Positions 25,985-40,900 of a stretch of DNA of 64,000 nucleotides are shown here, one piece after another. The position numbers and the translations under genes were made by a program. This DNA comes from the human T2T-CHM13v2.0 reference genome, Homo sapiens, in NCBI RefSeq assembly GCF_009914755.1, contig NC_060928.1. One strand, written 5' to 3'. Positions within the stretch are counted from its first letter, which is position 1. The number at the start of each line of letters is the position of its first letter. The notes beneath the pieces are model-generated. The model worked only from the letters and a program-made list of their open reading frames with translations, was not told the origin of the DNA and did not search any database.

Positions 25985-28900
25985 CATTCTCAGAAACTTG
26001 TTTGTGATGTGTGTATTCAACTAACAGAGTTGAACTTTTGTTTTTACAGAGCCGTTTTAAAACACTCTTTTTGTGGAATCAGAAAGTGGATATTCGGATG
26101 GCTCTGAGGATTTCGTTGGAAGCGGGATTACATATAAAATCTAGAGAGAAGCATTCTCAGGAACTTCTTTGTGATGTTTGCATTGAAGTCACAGAATTGA
26201 ACATTCACTTTGATAGAGCAGGTTTGAAACACTCATTCTGTAGTATCTGGAAGTGGACATTTCAAGCGCTTTCAGGCCTATGGTGAGAAAGGAAATATCT
26301 TCGAATAAAAACTAGACAGAAGCATCCTCAGAAACTTATTTGTGATGTGTGTCCTCAACTAACAGAGTTGAAACTTTGTTTTGATACAGCATTTTGGAAA
26401 CACTCTTTTTGTAGAATCTGCAGGTGGATATTTGGATAGCTTAGAGGGATTCGTTGGAAAGGGGATATCTTCATATAAAATCTAGACAGAAGCATTCTCA
26501 GAAACTTATTTGTGATGTGTGTCCTCAACTAACAGAGTTGAACCTTGGTTTTGATACAGCATTTTGGAAACACTCCTTTTGTAGAATCTGCAGGTGGATA
26601 TGTGGATAGCTCTGAAGATTTCGTTGGAAACGGGAATTTCTTCATATAAAATCAAACAGAAGCATTCTCAGAAACTTCTCAGTGATGTTTGCATTCAGCT
26701 CATGGAGTTGAACACTTCCTTTCATAGAGCCGGTTTGAAACACTCTTTCTGCACTACCTGGAAGAGGACATTTCGAGCGCTTTGAGTCCTATGGTGAAAA
26801 AGGAAATATCTTCTCATAAAAACCAGAAAGAAGCATTCTCAGAAACTTCTTTGTGTTGTGTGTACTCATGTAACAGTGTTGAACCATCCTTTTGACAGAG
26901 CAGTTTTGAAACACTCTTTTTGTAGAATCTGCAAGTGGATATTTGGATAGCTTTGAGGATTTCGTTGGAAACGGGATGACATATAATATCTAGAGAGAAG
27001 CATACTCAGGAACTTCTTTGTGATGTTTGCATTCAAGTCACAGAATTGAACATTCCCTTTCATAGAGCAGGTTTGAAACACTCTTTCTCTAGTATCTGGA
27101 AGTGGGCATTTCAAGCGCTTTCAGGCCTATGGAGAGAAAGGAAATACCTTCAAATAAAAACTAGACAGAAGCATTCTCAGAAACTTATTTGTGATGTGTG
27201 TCCTCAACTAACAGAGTTGAACCTTTGTTTTGATACAGCATTTTGGAAACACTCCTTTTGTAGAATCTGCAGGTGGATATTTGGATAACTTTGAAGATTT
27301 CGTTGGAAACCGGAATATCTTCATATAAAATCAAGACAGAAGCATTCTCGGAAACATCTCTGTGATGTTTGCATTCAACTCAGTAGAGTTGAACACTTCC
27401 TTTCATAGAGCCGGTTTGAAACACTCTTTCTGCACTACCTGGAAGCGGACATTTCGAGCGCTTTGAGGCCTATGGTGAAAAAGGAAATATCTTCTCATAA
27501 AAACCAGAAAGAAGCATTCTCAGAAACTTCTTTGTGTTGTGTGTACTCAAGTAACAGTGTTGAACCTTCCTTTTGACACAGCAGTTTTGAAACACTCTTT
27601 TGGTAGAATCTGCAAGTGGATATTTGGATAGCTTTGAGGATTTCGTTGGAAACGGGTTATCTTCATATAAAATCCAGACAGGAGCATTCTCAGAAACTTC
27701 TTTGTGCTGCATGTCCTCAATTCACAGAGCTGAACCTTTGTTTGGATACAGCATTTTGGAAACATTCCTTTAGTAGAATCTGCAAGTTGATATTTAGATA
27801 GCTTTGAAGATTTCGTTGGAAACGGGAATATCTTCATAGAAAATCTAGACGGAAGCATTCTCAGAAACTGCTTTGTGATGTTTGCATTCAAGTCACAGAG
27901 TTGAATATTCCCTTTTATAGAGTAGGTTTGAAACACTCTTTCGGCACTACCTGGAAGTGGATATTTCGAGCTCTTTGAGGCCTATGGTTAAAAGGAAATA
28001 TCTTCCCATAAAAACTAGACAGAAGCCGTCTCAGAAACTTGTTTGTGATGTGTGTATTCAACTACCAGAGTTGAACATTTCTGTTACAGAGCAATTTTAA
28101 AACACTCTTTTTGTGGAATCTGAAAGTGGATAATTGGATAGCTTTGTGGATTTCGTTGGAAACGGGATGACGTATAAAATCTAGAGAGAAGCATTCTCAG
28201 GAACTTCTTTCTGATGTTTGCATTCAAGTCACAGAATTGAACATTCCTTTTCATAGTGCAGGTTTGAAACACTCTTTCTGTAGTATCTGGAAGTGGACAT
28301 TTCAAGCGCTTTCAGGCCTACGGGGAGAAAGGAAATATCTTCAAATAAAAACTAGACAGAAGGATTCTCAGAAACTTATTTGTGATGTGTGTCCTAAACG
28401 AACACAGTTGAACCTTTGTTTTGATACAGCATTTTGGAAACACTCCTTTTGTAGGATCTGCAGGTGGATATTTGGATAGATTTTAAGATTTCGTTGGAAA
28501 CGGGAGTTTCTTCATAGAAACTCAAGACAGATGCATTCTCAGAAACATCTCTGTGATGTTTGCATTCCACTCATAGAGTTGAAAACTTCCTTTCATAGAG
28601 CAGGTTTGAAACACTCTTTTTGTAATATTTGGAAGTGGACATTTGCAGCGCTTTGAGGCCTATGGTGAAAAAGGAAATATCTTCTCATAAAAACCAGAAA
28701 CAAGCATTCTCAGAAACTTCTTTTTGATGTGTGTACTCAAGTAACAGAGTTGAACCTTCCTTTTGACACAGCAGTTTTGAAACAATCTTTTTGTAGAATC
28801 TGCAAGTGGATATTTGGATAGCTTTGAGGATTTCGTTGGAAACGGGATATCTTCATATAAAATCTAGACAGAAGCATTCTCAGAAACTTCTTTGTGCTGT

Positions 28901-31900
28901 ATGTCCTCAATTAACAGAGTTGAACCATTGCTTGGATACAGCATTTTGGAAACATTCCTTGAGTAGAATCTGCAAGTTGATATTTAGATAGATTTGAAGA
29001 TTTCGTTGGAAAAGGGAATATCTCCATAGAAAATCTAGAGGGAAGCATTCTCAGAAACTGCTTTGTGATGTTTCCATTCAAGTCACAGAGTTGAATATTC
29101 CCTTTTATAGAGCACGTTTGAAACACTCTTTCTGCACTATCTGGAAGTGGACATTTCGAGCGCTTTGAGGCCTATGGTGAAAAAGGAAATATCTTCCCAT
29201 AAAAACTAGACAGAAGCATTCTCAGAAACTTGTTTGTGATGTGTGTATTCAACTAACAGAGTTGAACTTTTGTTTTTACAGAGCCGTTTTAAAACACTCT
29301 TTTTGTGGAATCAGAAAGTGGATATTCGGATGGCTCTGAGGATTTCGTTGGAAGCGGGATTACATATAAAATCTAGAGAGAAGCATTCTCAGGAACTTCT
29401 TTGTGATGTTTGCATTGAAGTCACAGAATTGAACATTCACTTTGATAGAGCAGGTTTGAAACACTCATTCTGTAGTATCTGGAAGTGGACATTTCAAGCG
29501 CTTTCAGGCCTATGGTGAGAAAGGAAATATCTTCGAATAAAAACTAGACAGAAGCATCCTCAGAAACTTATTTGTGATGTGTGTCCTCAACTAACAGAGT
29601 TGAAACTTTGTTTTGATACAGCATTTTGGAAACACTCTTTTTGTAGAATCTGCAGGTGGATATTTGGATAGCTTAGAGGGATTCGTTGGAAAGGGGATAT
29701 CTTCATATAAAATCTAGACAGAAGCATTCTCAGAAACTTATTTGTGATGTGTGTCCTCAACTAACAGAGTTGAACCTTGGTTTTGATACAGCATTTTGGA
29801 AACACTCCTTTTGTAGAATCTGCAGGTGGATATGTGGATAGCTCTGAAGATTTCGTTGGAAACGGGAATTTCTTCATATAAAATCAAACAGAAGCATTCT
29901 CAGAAACTTCTCAGTGATGTTTGCATTCAGCTCATGGAGTTGAACACTTCCTTTCATAGAGCCGGTTTGAAACACTCTTTCTGCACTACCTGGAAGAGGA
30001 CATTTCGAGCGCTTTGAGTCCTATGGTGAAAAAGGAAATATCTTCTCATAAAAACCAGAAAGAAGCATTCTCAGAAACTTCTTTGTGTTGTGTGTACTCA
30101 TGTAACAGTGTTGAACCATCCTTTTGACAGAGCAGTTTTGAAACACTCTTTTTGTAGAATCTGCAAGTGGATATTTGGATAGCTTTGAGGATTTCGTTGG
30201 AAACGGGATGACATATAATATCTAGAGAGAAGCATTCTCAGGAACTTCTTTGTGATGTTTGCATTCAAGTCACAGAATTGAACATTCCCTTTCATAGAGC
30301 AGGTTTGAAACACTCTTTCTCTAGTATCTGGAAGTGGGCATTTCAAGCGCTTTCAGGCCTATGGAGAGAAAGGAAATACCTTCAAATAAAAACTAGACAG
30401 AAGCATTCTCAGAAACTTATTTGTGATGTGTGTCCTCAACTAACAGAGTTGAACCTTTGTTTTGATACAGCATTTTGGAAACACTCCTTTTGTAGAATCT
30501 GCAGGTGGATATTTGGATAACTTTGAAGATTTCGTTGGAAACCGGAATATCTTCATATAAAATCAAGACAGAAGCATTCTCGGAAACATCTCTGTGATGT
30601 TTGCATTCAACTCAGTAGAGTTGAACACTTCCTTTCATAGAGCCGGTTTGAAACACTCTTTCTGCACTACCTGGAAGCGGACATTTCGAGCGCTTTGAGG
30701 CCTATGGTGAAAAAGGAAATATCTTCTCATAAAAACCAGAAAGAAGCATTCTCAGAAACTTCTTTGTGTTGTGTGTACTCAAGTAACAGTGTTGAACCTT
30801 CCTTTTGACACAGCAGTTTTGAAACACTCTTTTGGTAGAATCTGCAAGTGGATATTTGGATAGCTTTGAGGATTTCGTTGGAAACGGGTTATCTTCATAT
30901 AAAATCCAGACAGGAGCATTCTCAGAAACTTCTTTGTGCTGCATGTCCTCAATTCACAGAGCTGAACCTTTGTTTGGATACAGCATTTTGGAAACATTCC
31001 TTTAGTAGAATCTGCAAGTTGATATTTAGATAGCTTTGAAGATTTCGTTGGAAACGGGAATATCTTCATAGAAAATCTAGACGGAAGCATTCTCAGAAAC
31101 TGCTTTGTGATGTTTGCATTCAAGTCACAGAGTTGAATATTCCCTTTTATAGAGTAGGTTTGAAACACTCTTTCGGCACTACCTGGAAGTGGATATTTCG
31201 AGCTCTTTGAGGCCTATGGTTAAAAGGAAATATCTTCCCATAAAAACTAGACAGAAGCCGTCTCAGAAACTTGTTTGTGATGTGTGTATTCAACTACCAG
31301 AGTTGAACATTTCTGTTACAGAGCAATTTTAAAACACTCTTTTTGTGGAATCTGAAAGTGGATAATTGGATAGCTTTGTGGATTTCGTTGGAAACGGGAT
31401 GACGTATAAAATCTAGAGAGAAGCATTCTCAGGAACTTCTTTGTGATGTTTGCATTCAAGTCACAGAATTGAACATTCCTTTTCATAGTGCAGGTTTGAA
31501 ACACTCTTTCTGTAGTATCTGGAAGTGGACATTTCAAGCGCTTTCAGGCCTACGGGGAGAAAGGAAATATCTTCAAATAAAAACTAGACAGAAGGATTCT
31601 CAGAAACTTATTTGTGATGTGTGTCCTAAACGAACACAGTTGAACCTTTGTTTTGATACAGCATTTTGGAAACACTCCTTTTGTAGGATCTGCAGGTGGA
31701 TATTTGGATAGATTTTAAGATTTCGTTGGAAACGGGAGTTTCTTCATAGAAACTCAAGACAGATGCATTCTCAGAAACATCTCTGTGATGTTTGCATTCC
31801 ACTCATAGAGTTGAAAACTTCCTTTCATAGAGCAGGTTTGAAACACTCTTTTTGTAATATTTGGAAGTGGACATTTGCAGCGCTTTGAGGCCTATGGTGA

Positions 31901-34900
31901 AAAAGGAAATATCTTCTCATAAAAACCAGAAACAAGCATTCTCAGAAACTTCTTTTTGATGTGTGTACTCAAGTAACAGAGTTGAACCTTCCTTTTGACA
32001 CAGCAGTTTTGAAACAATCTTTTTGTAGAATCTGCAAGTGGATATTTGGATAGCTTTGAGGATTTCGTTGGAAACGGGATATCTTCATATAAAATCTAGA
32101 CAGAAGCATTCTCAGAAACTTCTTTGTGCTGTATGTCCTCAATTAACAGAGTTGAACCATTGCTTGGATACAGCATTTTGGAAACATTCCTTGAGTAGAA
32201 TCTGCAAGTTGATATTTAGATAGATTTGAAGATTTCGTTGGAAAAGGGAATATCTCCATAGAAAATCTAGAGGGAAGCATTCTCAGAAACTGCTTTGTGA
32301 TGTTTCCATTCAAGTCACAGAGTTGAATATTCCCTTTTATAGAGCACGTTTGAAACACTCTTTCTGCACTATCTGGAAGTGGACATTTCGAGCGCTTTGA
32401 GGCCTATGGTGAAAAAGGAAATATCTTCCCATAAAAACTAGACAGAAGCATTCTCAGAAACTTGTTTGTGATGTGTGTATTCAACTAACAGAGTTGAACT
32501 TTTGTTTTTACAGAGCCGTTTTAAAACACTCTTTTTGTGGAATCAGAAAGTGGATATTCGGATGGCTCTGAGGATTTCGTTGGAAGCGGGATTACATATA
32601 AAATCTAGAGAGAAGCATTCTCAGGAACTTCTTTGTGATGTTTGCATTGAAGTCACAGAATTGAACATTCACTTTGATAGAGCAGGTTTGAAACACTCAT
32701 TCTGTAGTATCTGGAAGTGGACATTTCAAGCGCTTTCAGGCCTATGGTGAGAAAGGAAATATCTTCGAATAAAAACTAGACAGAAGCATCCTCAGAAACT
32801 TATTTGTGATGTGTGTCCTCAACTAACAGAGTTGAAACTTTGTTTTGATACAGCATTTTGGAAACACTCTTTTTGTAGAATCTGCAGGTGGATATTTGGA
32901 TAGCTTAGAGGGATTCGTTGGAAAGGGGATATCTTCATATAAAATCTAGACAGAAGCATTCTCAGAAACTTATTTGTGATGTGTGTCCTCAACTAACAGA
33001 GTTGAACCTTGGTTTTGATACAGCATTTTGGAAACACTCCTTTTGTAGAATCTGCAGGTGGATATGTGGATAGCTCTGAAGATTTCGTTGGAAACGGGAA
33101 TTTCTTCATATAAAATCAAACAGAAGCATTCTCAGAAACTTCTCAGTGATGTTTGCATTCAGCTCATGGAGTTGAACACTTCCTTTCATAGAGCCGGTTT
33201 GAAACACTCTTTCTGCACTACCTGGAAGAGGACATTTCGAGCGCTTTGAGTCCTATGGTGAAAAAGGAAATATCTTCTCATAAAAACCAGAAAGAAGCAT
33301 TCTCAGAAACTTCTTTGTGTTGTGTGTACTCATGTAACAGTGTTGAACCATCCTTTTGACAGAGCAGTTTTGAAACACTCTTTTTGTAGAATCTGCAAGT
33401 GGATATTTGGATAGCTTTGAGGATTTCGTTGGAAACGGGATGACATATAATATCTAGAGAGAAGCATTCTCAGGAACTTCTTTGTGATGTTTGCATTCAA
33501 GTCACAGAATTGAACATTCCCTTTCATAGAGCAGGTTTGAAACACTCTTTCTCTAGTATCTGGAAGTGGGCATTTCAAGCGCTTTCAGGCCTATGGAGAG
33601 AAAGGAAATACCTTCAAATAAAAACTAGACAGAAGCATTCTCAGAAACTTATTTGTGATGTGTGTCCTCAACTAACAGAGTTGAACCTTTGTTTTGATAC
33701 AGCATTTTGGAAACACTCCTTTTGTAGAATCTGCAGGTGGATATTTGGATAACTTTGAAGATTTCGTTGGAAACCGGAATATCTTCATATAAAATCAAGA
33801 CAGAAGCATTCTCGGAAACATCTCTGTGATGTTTGCATTCAACTCAGTAGAGTTGAACACTTCCTTTCATAGAGCCGGTTTGAAACACTCTTTCTGCACT
33901 ACCTGGAAGCGGACATTTCGAGCGCTTTGAGGCCTATGGTGAAAAAGGAAATATCTTCTCATAAAAACCAGAAAGAAGCATTCTCAGAAACTTCTTTGTG
34001 TTGTGTGTACTCAAGTAACAGTGTTGAACCTTCCTTTTGACACAGCAGTTTTGAAACACTCTTTTGGTAGAATCTGCAAGTGGATATTTGGATAGCTTTG
34101 AGGATTTCGTTGGAAACGGGTTATCTTCATATAAAATCCAGACAGGAGCATTCTCAGAAACTTCTTTGTGCTGCATGTCCTCAATTCACAGAGCTGAACC
34201 TTTGTTTGGATACAGCATTTTGGAAACATTCCTTTAGTAGAATCTGCAAGTTGATATTTAGATAGCTTTGAAGATTTCGTTGGAAACGGGAATATCTTCA
34301 TAGAAAATCTAGACGGAAGCATTCTCAGAAACTGCTTTGTGATGTTTGCATTCAAGTCACAGAGTTGAATATTCCCTTTTATAGAGTAGGTTTGAAACAC
34401 TCTTTCGGCACTACCTGGAAGTGGATATTTCGAGCTCTTTGAGGCCTATGGTTAAAAGGAAATATCTTCCCATAAAAACTAGACAGAAGCCGTCTCAGAA
34501 ACTTGTTTGTGATGTGTGTATTCAACTACCAGAGTTGAACATTTCTGTTACAGAGCAATTTTAAAACACTCTTTTTGTGGAATCTGAAAGTGGATAATTG
34601 GATAGCTTTGTGGATTTCGTTGGAAACGGGATGACGTATAAAATCTAGAGAGAAGCATTCTCAGGAACTTCTTTGTGATGTTTGCATTCAAGTCACAGAA
34701 TTGAACATTCCTTTTCATAGTGCAGGTTTGAAACACTCTTTCTGTAGTATCTGGAAGTGGACATTTCAAGCGCTTTCAGGCCTACGGGGAGAAAGGAAAT
34801 ATCTTCAAATAAAAACTAGACAGAAGGATTCTCAGAAACTTATTTGTGATGTGTGTCCTAAACGAACACAGTTGAACCTTTGTTTTGATACAGCATTTTG

Positions 34901-37900
34901 GAAACACTCCTTTTGTAGGATCTGCAGGTGGATATTTGGATAGATTTTAAGATTTCGTTGGAAACGGGAGTTTCTTCATAGAAACTCAAGACAGATGCAT
35001 TCTCAGAAACATCTCTGTGATGTTTGCATTCCACTCATAGAGTTGAAAACTTCCTTTCATAGAGCAGGTTTGAAACACTCTTTTTGTAATATTTGGAAGT
35101 GGACATTTGCAGCGCTTTGAGGCCTATGGTGAAAAAGGAAATATCTTCTCATAAAAACCAGAAACAAGCATTCTCAGAAACTTCTTTTTGATGTGTGTAC
35201 TCAAGTAACAGAGTTGAACCTTCCTTTTGACACAGCAGTTTTGAAACAATCTTTTTGTAGAATCTGCAAGTGGATATTTGGATAGCTTTGAGGATTTCGT
35301 TGGAAACGGGATATCTTCATATAAAATCTAGACAGAAGCATTCTCAGAAACTTCTTTGTGCTGTATGTCCTCAATTAACAGAGTTGAACCATTGCTTGGA
35401 TACAGCATTTTGGAAACATTCCTTGAGTAGAATCTGCAAGTTGATATTTAGATAGATTTGAAGATTTCGTTGGAAAAGGGAATATCTCCATAGAAAATCT
35501 AGAGGGAAGCATTCTCAGAAACTGCTTTGTGATGTTTCCATTCAAGTCACAGAGTTGAATATTCCCTTTTATAGAGCACGTTTGAAACACTCTTTCTGCA
35601 CTATCTGGAAGTGGACATTTCGAGCGCTTTGAGGCCTATGGTGAAAAAGGAAATATCTTCCCATAAAAACTAGACAGAAGCATTCTCAGAAACTTGTTTG
35701 TGATGTGTGTATTCAACTAACAGAGTTGAACTTTTGTTTTTACAGAGCCGTTTTAAAACACTCTTTTTGTGGAATCAGAAAGTGGATATTCGGATGGCTC
35801 TGAGGATTTCGTTGGAAGCGGGATTACATATAAAATCTAGAGAGAAGCATTCTCAGGAACTTCTTTGTGATGTTTGCATTGAAGTCACAGAATTGAACAT
35901 TCACTTTGATAGAGCAGGTTTGAAACACTCATTCTGTAGTATCTGGAAGTGGACATTTCAAGCGCTTTCAGGCCTATGGTGAGAAAGGAAATATCTTCGA
36001 ATAAAAACTAGACAGAAGCATCCTCAGAAACTTATTTGTGATGTGTGTCCTCAACTAACAGAGTTGAAACTTTGTTTTGATACAGCATTTTGGAAACACT
36101 CTTTTTGTAGAATCTGCAGGTGGATATTTGGATAGCTTAGAGGGATTCGTTGGAAAGGGGATATCTTCATATAAAATCTAGACAGAAGCATTCTCAGAAA
36201 CTTATTTGTGATGTGTGTCCTCAACTAACAGAGTTGAACCTTGGTTTTGATACAGCATTTTGGAAACACTCCTTTTGTAGAATCTGCAGGTGGATATGTG
36301 GATAGCTCTGAAGATTTCGTTGGAAACGGGAATTTCTTCATATAAAATCAAACAGAAGCATTCTCAGAAACTTCTCAGTGATGTTTGCATTCAGCTCATG
36401 GAGTTGAACACTTCCTTTCATAGAGCCGGTTTGAAACACTCTTTCTGCACTACCTGGAAGAGGACATTTCGAGCGCTTTGAGTCCTATGGTGAAAAAGGA
36501 AATATCTTCTCATAAAAACCAGAAAGAAGCATTCTCAGAAACTTCTTTGTGTTGTGTGTACTCATGTAACAGTGTTGAACCATCCTTTTGACAGAGCAGT
36601 TTTGAAACACTCTTTTTGTAGAATCTGCAAGTGGATATTTGGATAGCTTTGAGGATTTCGTTGGAAACGGGATGACATATAATATCTAGAGAGAAGCATT
36701 CTCAGGAACTTCTTTGTGATGTTTGCATTCAAGTCACAGAATTGAACATTCCCTTTCATAGAGCAGGTTTGAAACACTCTTTCTCTAGTATCTGGAAGTG
36801 GGCATTTCAAGCGCTTTCAGGCCTATGGAGAGAAAGGAAATACCTTCAAATAAAAACTAGACAGAAGCATTCTCAGAAACTTATTTGTGATGTGTGTCCT
36901 CAACTAACAGAGTTGAACCTTTGTTTTGATACAGCATTTTGGAAACACTCCTTTTGTAGAATCTGCAGGTGGATATTTGGATAACTTTGAAGATTTCGTT
37001 GGAAACCGGAATATCTTCATATAAAATCAAGACAGAAGCATTCTCGGAAACATCTCTGTGATGTTTGCATTCAACTCAGTAGAGTTGAACACTTCCTTTC
37101 ATAGAGCCGGTTTGAAACACTCTTTCTGCACTACCTGGAAGCGGACATTTCGAGCGCTTTGAGGCCTATGGTGAAAAAGGAAATATCTTCTCATAAAAAC
37201 CAGAAAGAAGCATTCTCAGAAACTTCTTTGTGTTGTGTGTACTCAAGTAACAGTGTTGAACCTTCCTTTTGACACAGCAGTTTTGAAACACTCTTTTGGT
37301 AGAATCTGCAAGTGGATATTTGGATAGCTTTGAGGATTTCGTTGGAAACGGGTTATCTTCATATAAAATCCAGACAGGAGCATTCTCAGAAACTTCTTTG
37401 TGCTGCATGTCCTCAATTCACAGAGCTGAACCTTTGTTTGGATACAGCATTTTGGAAACATTCCTTTAGTAGAATCTGCAAGTTGATATTTAGATAGCTT
37501 TGAAGATTTCGTTGGAAACGGGAATATCTTCATAGAAAATCTAGACGGAAGCATTCTCAGAAACTGCTTTGTGATGTTTGCATTCAAGTCACAGAGTTGA
37601 ATATTCCCTTTTATAGAGTAGGTTTGAAACACTCTTTCGGCACTACCTGGAAGTGGATATTTCGAGCTCTTTGAGGCCTATGGTTAAAAGGAAATATCTT
37701 CCCATAAAAACTAGACAGAAGCCGTCTCAGAAACTTGTTTGTGATGTGTGTATTCAACTACCAGAGTTGAACATTTCTGTTACAGAGCAATTTTAAAACA
37801 CTCTTTTTGTGGAATCTGAAAGTGGATAATTGGATAGCTTTGTGGATTTCGTTGGAAACGGGATGACGTATAAAATCTAGAGAGAAGCATTCTCAGGAAC

Positions 37901-40900
37901 TTCTTTGTGATGTTTGCATTCAAGTCACAGAATTGAACATTCCTTTTCATAGTGCAGGTTTGAAACACTCTTTCTGTAGTATCTGGAAGTGGACATTTCA
38001 AGCGCTTTCAGGCCTACGGGGAGAAAGGAAATATCTTCAAATAAAAACTAGACAGAAGGATTCTCAGAAACTTATTTGTGATGTGTGTCCTAAACGAACA
38101 CAGTTGAACCTTTGTTTTGATACAGCATTTTGGAAACACTCCTTTTGTAGGATCTGCAGGTGGATATTTGGATAGATTTTAAGATTTCGTTGGAAACGGG
38201 AGTTTCTTCATAGAAACTCAAGACAGATGCATTCTCAGAAACATCTCTGTGATGTTTGCATTCCACTCATAGAGTTGAAAACTTCCTTTCATAGAGCAGG
38301 TTTGAAACACTCTTTTTGTAATATTTGGAAGTGGACATTTGCAGCGCTTTGAGGCCTATGGTGAAAAAGGAAATATCTTCTCATAAAAACCAGAAACAAG
38401 CATTCTCAGAAACTTCTTTTTGATGTGTGTACTCAAGTAACAGAGTTGAACCTTCCTTTTGACACAGCAGTTTTGAAACAATCTTTTTGTAGAATCTGCA
38501 AGTGGATATTTGGATAGCTTTGAGGATTTCGTTGGAAACGGGATATCTTCATATAAAATCTAGACAGAAGCATTCTCAGAAACTTCTTTGTGCTGTATGT
38601 CCTCAATTAACAGAGTTGAACCATTGCTTGGATACAGCATTTTGGAAACATTCCTTGAGTAGAATCTGCAAGTTGATATTTAGATAGATTTGAAGATTTC
38701 GTTGGAAAAGGGAATATCTCCATAGAAAATCTAGAGGGAAGCATTCTCAGAAACTGCTTTGTGATGTTTCCATTCAAGTCACAGAGTTGAATATTCCCTT
38801 TTATAGAGCACGTTTGAAACACTCTTTCTGCACTATCTGGAAGTGGACATTTCGAGCGCTTTGAGGCCTATGGTGAAAAAGGAAATATCTTCCCATAAAA
38901 ACTAGACAGAAGCATTCTCAGAAACTTGTTTGTGATGTGTGTATTCAACTAACAGAGTTGAACTTTTGTTTTTACAGAGCCGTTTTAAAACACTCTTTTT
39001 GTGGAATCAGAAAGTGGATATTCGGATGGCTCTGAGGATTTCGTTGGAAGCGGGATTACATATAAAATCTAGAGAGAAGCATTCTCAGGAACTTCTTTGT
39101 GATGTTTGCATTGAAGTCACAGAATTGAACATTCACTTTGATAGAGCAGGTTTGAAACACTCATTCTGTAGTATCTGGAAGTGGACATTTCAAGCGCTTT
39201 CAGGCCTATGGTGAGAAAGGAAATATCTTCGAATAAAAACTAGACAGAAGCATCCTCAGAAACTTATTTGTGATGTGTGTCCTCAACTAACAGAGTTGAA
39301 ACTTTGTTTTGATACAGCATTTTGGAAACACTCTTTTTGTAGAATCTGCAGGTGGATATTTGGATAGCTTAGAGGGATTCGTTGGAAAGGGGATATCTTC
39401 ATATAAAATCTAGACAGAAGCATTCTCAGAAACTTATTTGTGATGTGTGTCCTCAACTAACAGAGTTGAACCTTGGTTTTGATACAGCATTTTGGAAACA
39501 CTCCTTTTGTAGAATCTGCAGGTGGATATGTGGATAGCTCTGAAGATTTCGTTGGAAACGGGAATTTCTTCATATAAAATCAAACAGAAGCATTCTCAGA
39601 AACTTCTCAGTGATGTTTGCATTCAGCTCATGGAGTTGAACACTTCCTTTCATAGAGCCGGTTTGAAACACTCTTTCTGCACTACCTGGAAGAGGACATT
39701 TCGAGCGCTTTGAGTCCTATGGTGAAAAAGGAAATATCTTCTCATAAAAACCAGAAAGAAGCATTCTCAGAAACTTCTTTGTGTTGTGTGTACTCATGTA
39801 ACAGTGTTGAACCATCCTTTTGACAGAGCAGTTTTGAAACACTCTTTTTGTAGAATCTGCAAGTGGATATTTGGATAGCTTTGAGGATTTCGTTGGAAAC
39901 GGGATGACATATAATATCTAGAGAGAAGCATTCTCAGGAACTTCTTTGTGATGTTTGCATTCAAGTCACAGAATTGAACATTCCCTTTCATAGAGCAGGT
40001 TTGAAACACTCTTTCTCTAGTATCTGGAAGTGGGCATTTCAAGCGCTTTCAGGCCTATGGAGAGAAAGGAAATACCTTCAAATAAAAACTAGACAGAAGC
40101 ATTCTCAGAAACTTATTTGTGATGTGTGTCCTCAACTAACAGAGTTGAACCTTTGTTTTGATACAGCATTTTGGAAACACTCCTTTTGTAGAATCTGCAG
40201 GTGGATATTTGGATAACTTTGAAGATTTCGTTGGAAACCGGAATATCTTCATATAAAATCAAGACAGAAGCATTCTCGGAAACATCTCTGTGATGTTTGC
40301 ATTCAACTCAGTAGAGTTGAACACTTCCTTTCATAGAGCCGGTTTGAAACACTCTTTCTGCACTACCTGGAAGCGGACATTTCGAGCGCTTTGAGGCCTA
40401 TGGTGAAAAAGGAAATATCTTCTCATAAAAACCAGAAAGAAGCATTCTCAGAAACTTCTTTGTGTTGTGTGTACTCAAGTAACAGTGTTGAACCTTCCTT
40501 TTGACACAGCAGTTTTGAAACACTCTTTTGGTAGAATCTGCAAGTGGATATTTGGATAGCTTTGAGGATTTCGTTGGAAACGGGTTATCTTCATATAAAA
40601 TCCAGACAGGAGCATTCTCAGAAACTTCTTTGTGCTGCATGTCCTCAATTCACAGAGCTGAACCTTTGTTTGGATACAGCATTTTGGAAACATTCCTTTA
40701 GTAGAATCTGCAAGTTGATATTTAGATAGCTTTGAAGATTTCGTTGGAAACGGGAATATCTTCATAGAAAATCTAGACGGAAGCATTCTCAGAAACTGCT
40801 TTGTGATGTTTGCATTCAAGTCACAGAGTTGAATATTCCCTTTTATAGAGTAGGTTTGAAACACTCTTTCGGCACTACCTGGAAGTGGATATTTCGAGCT

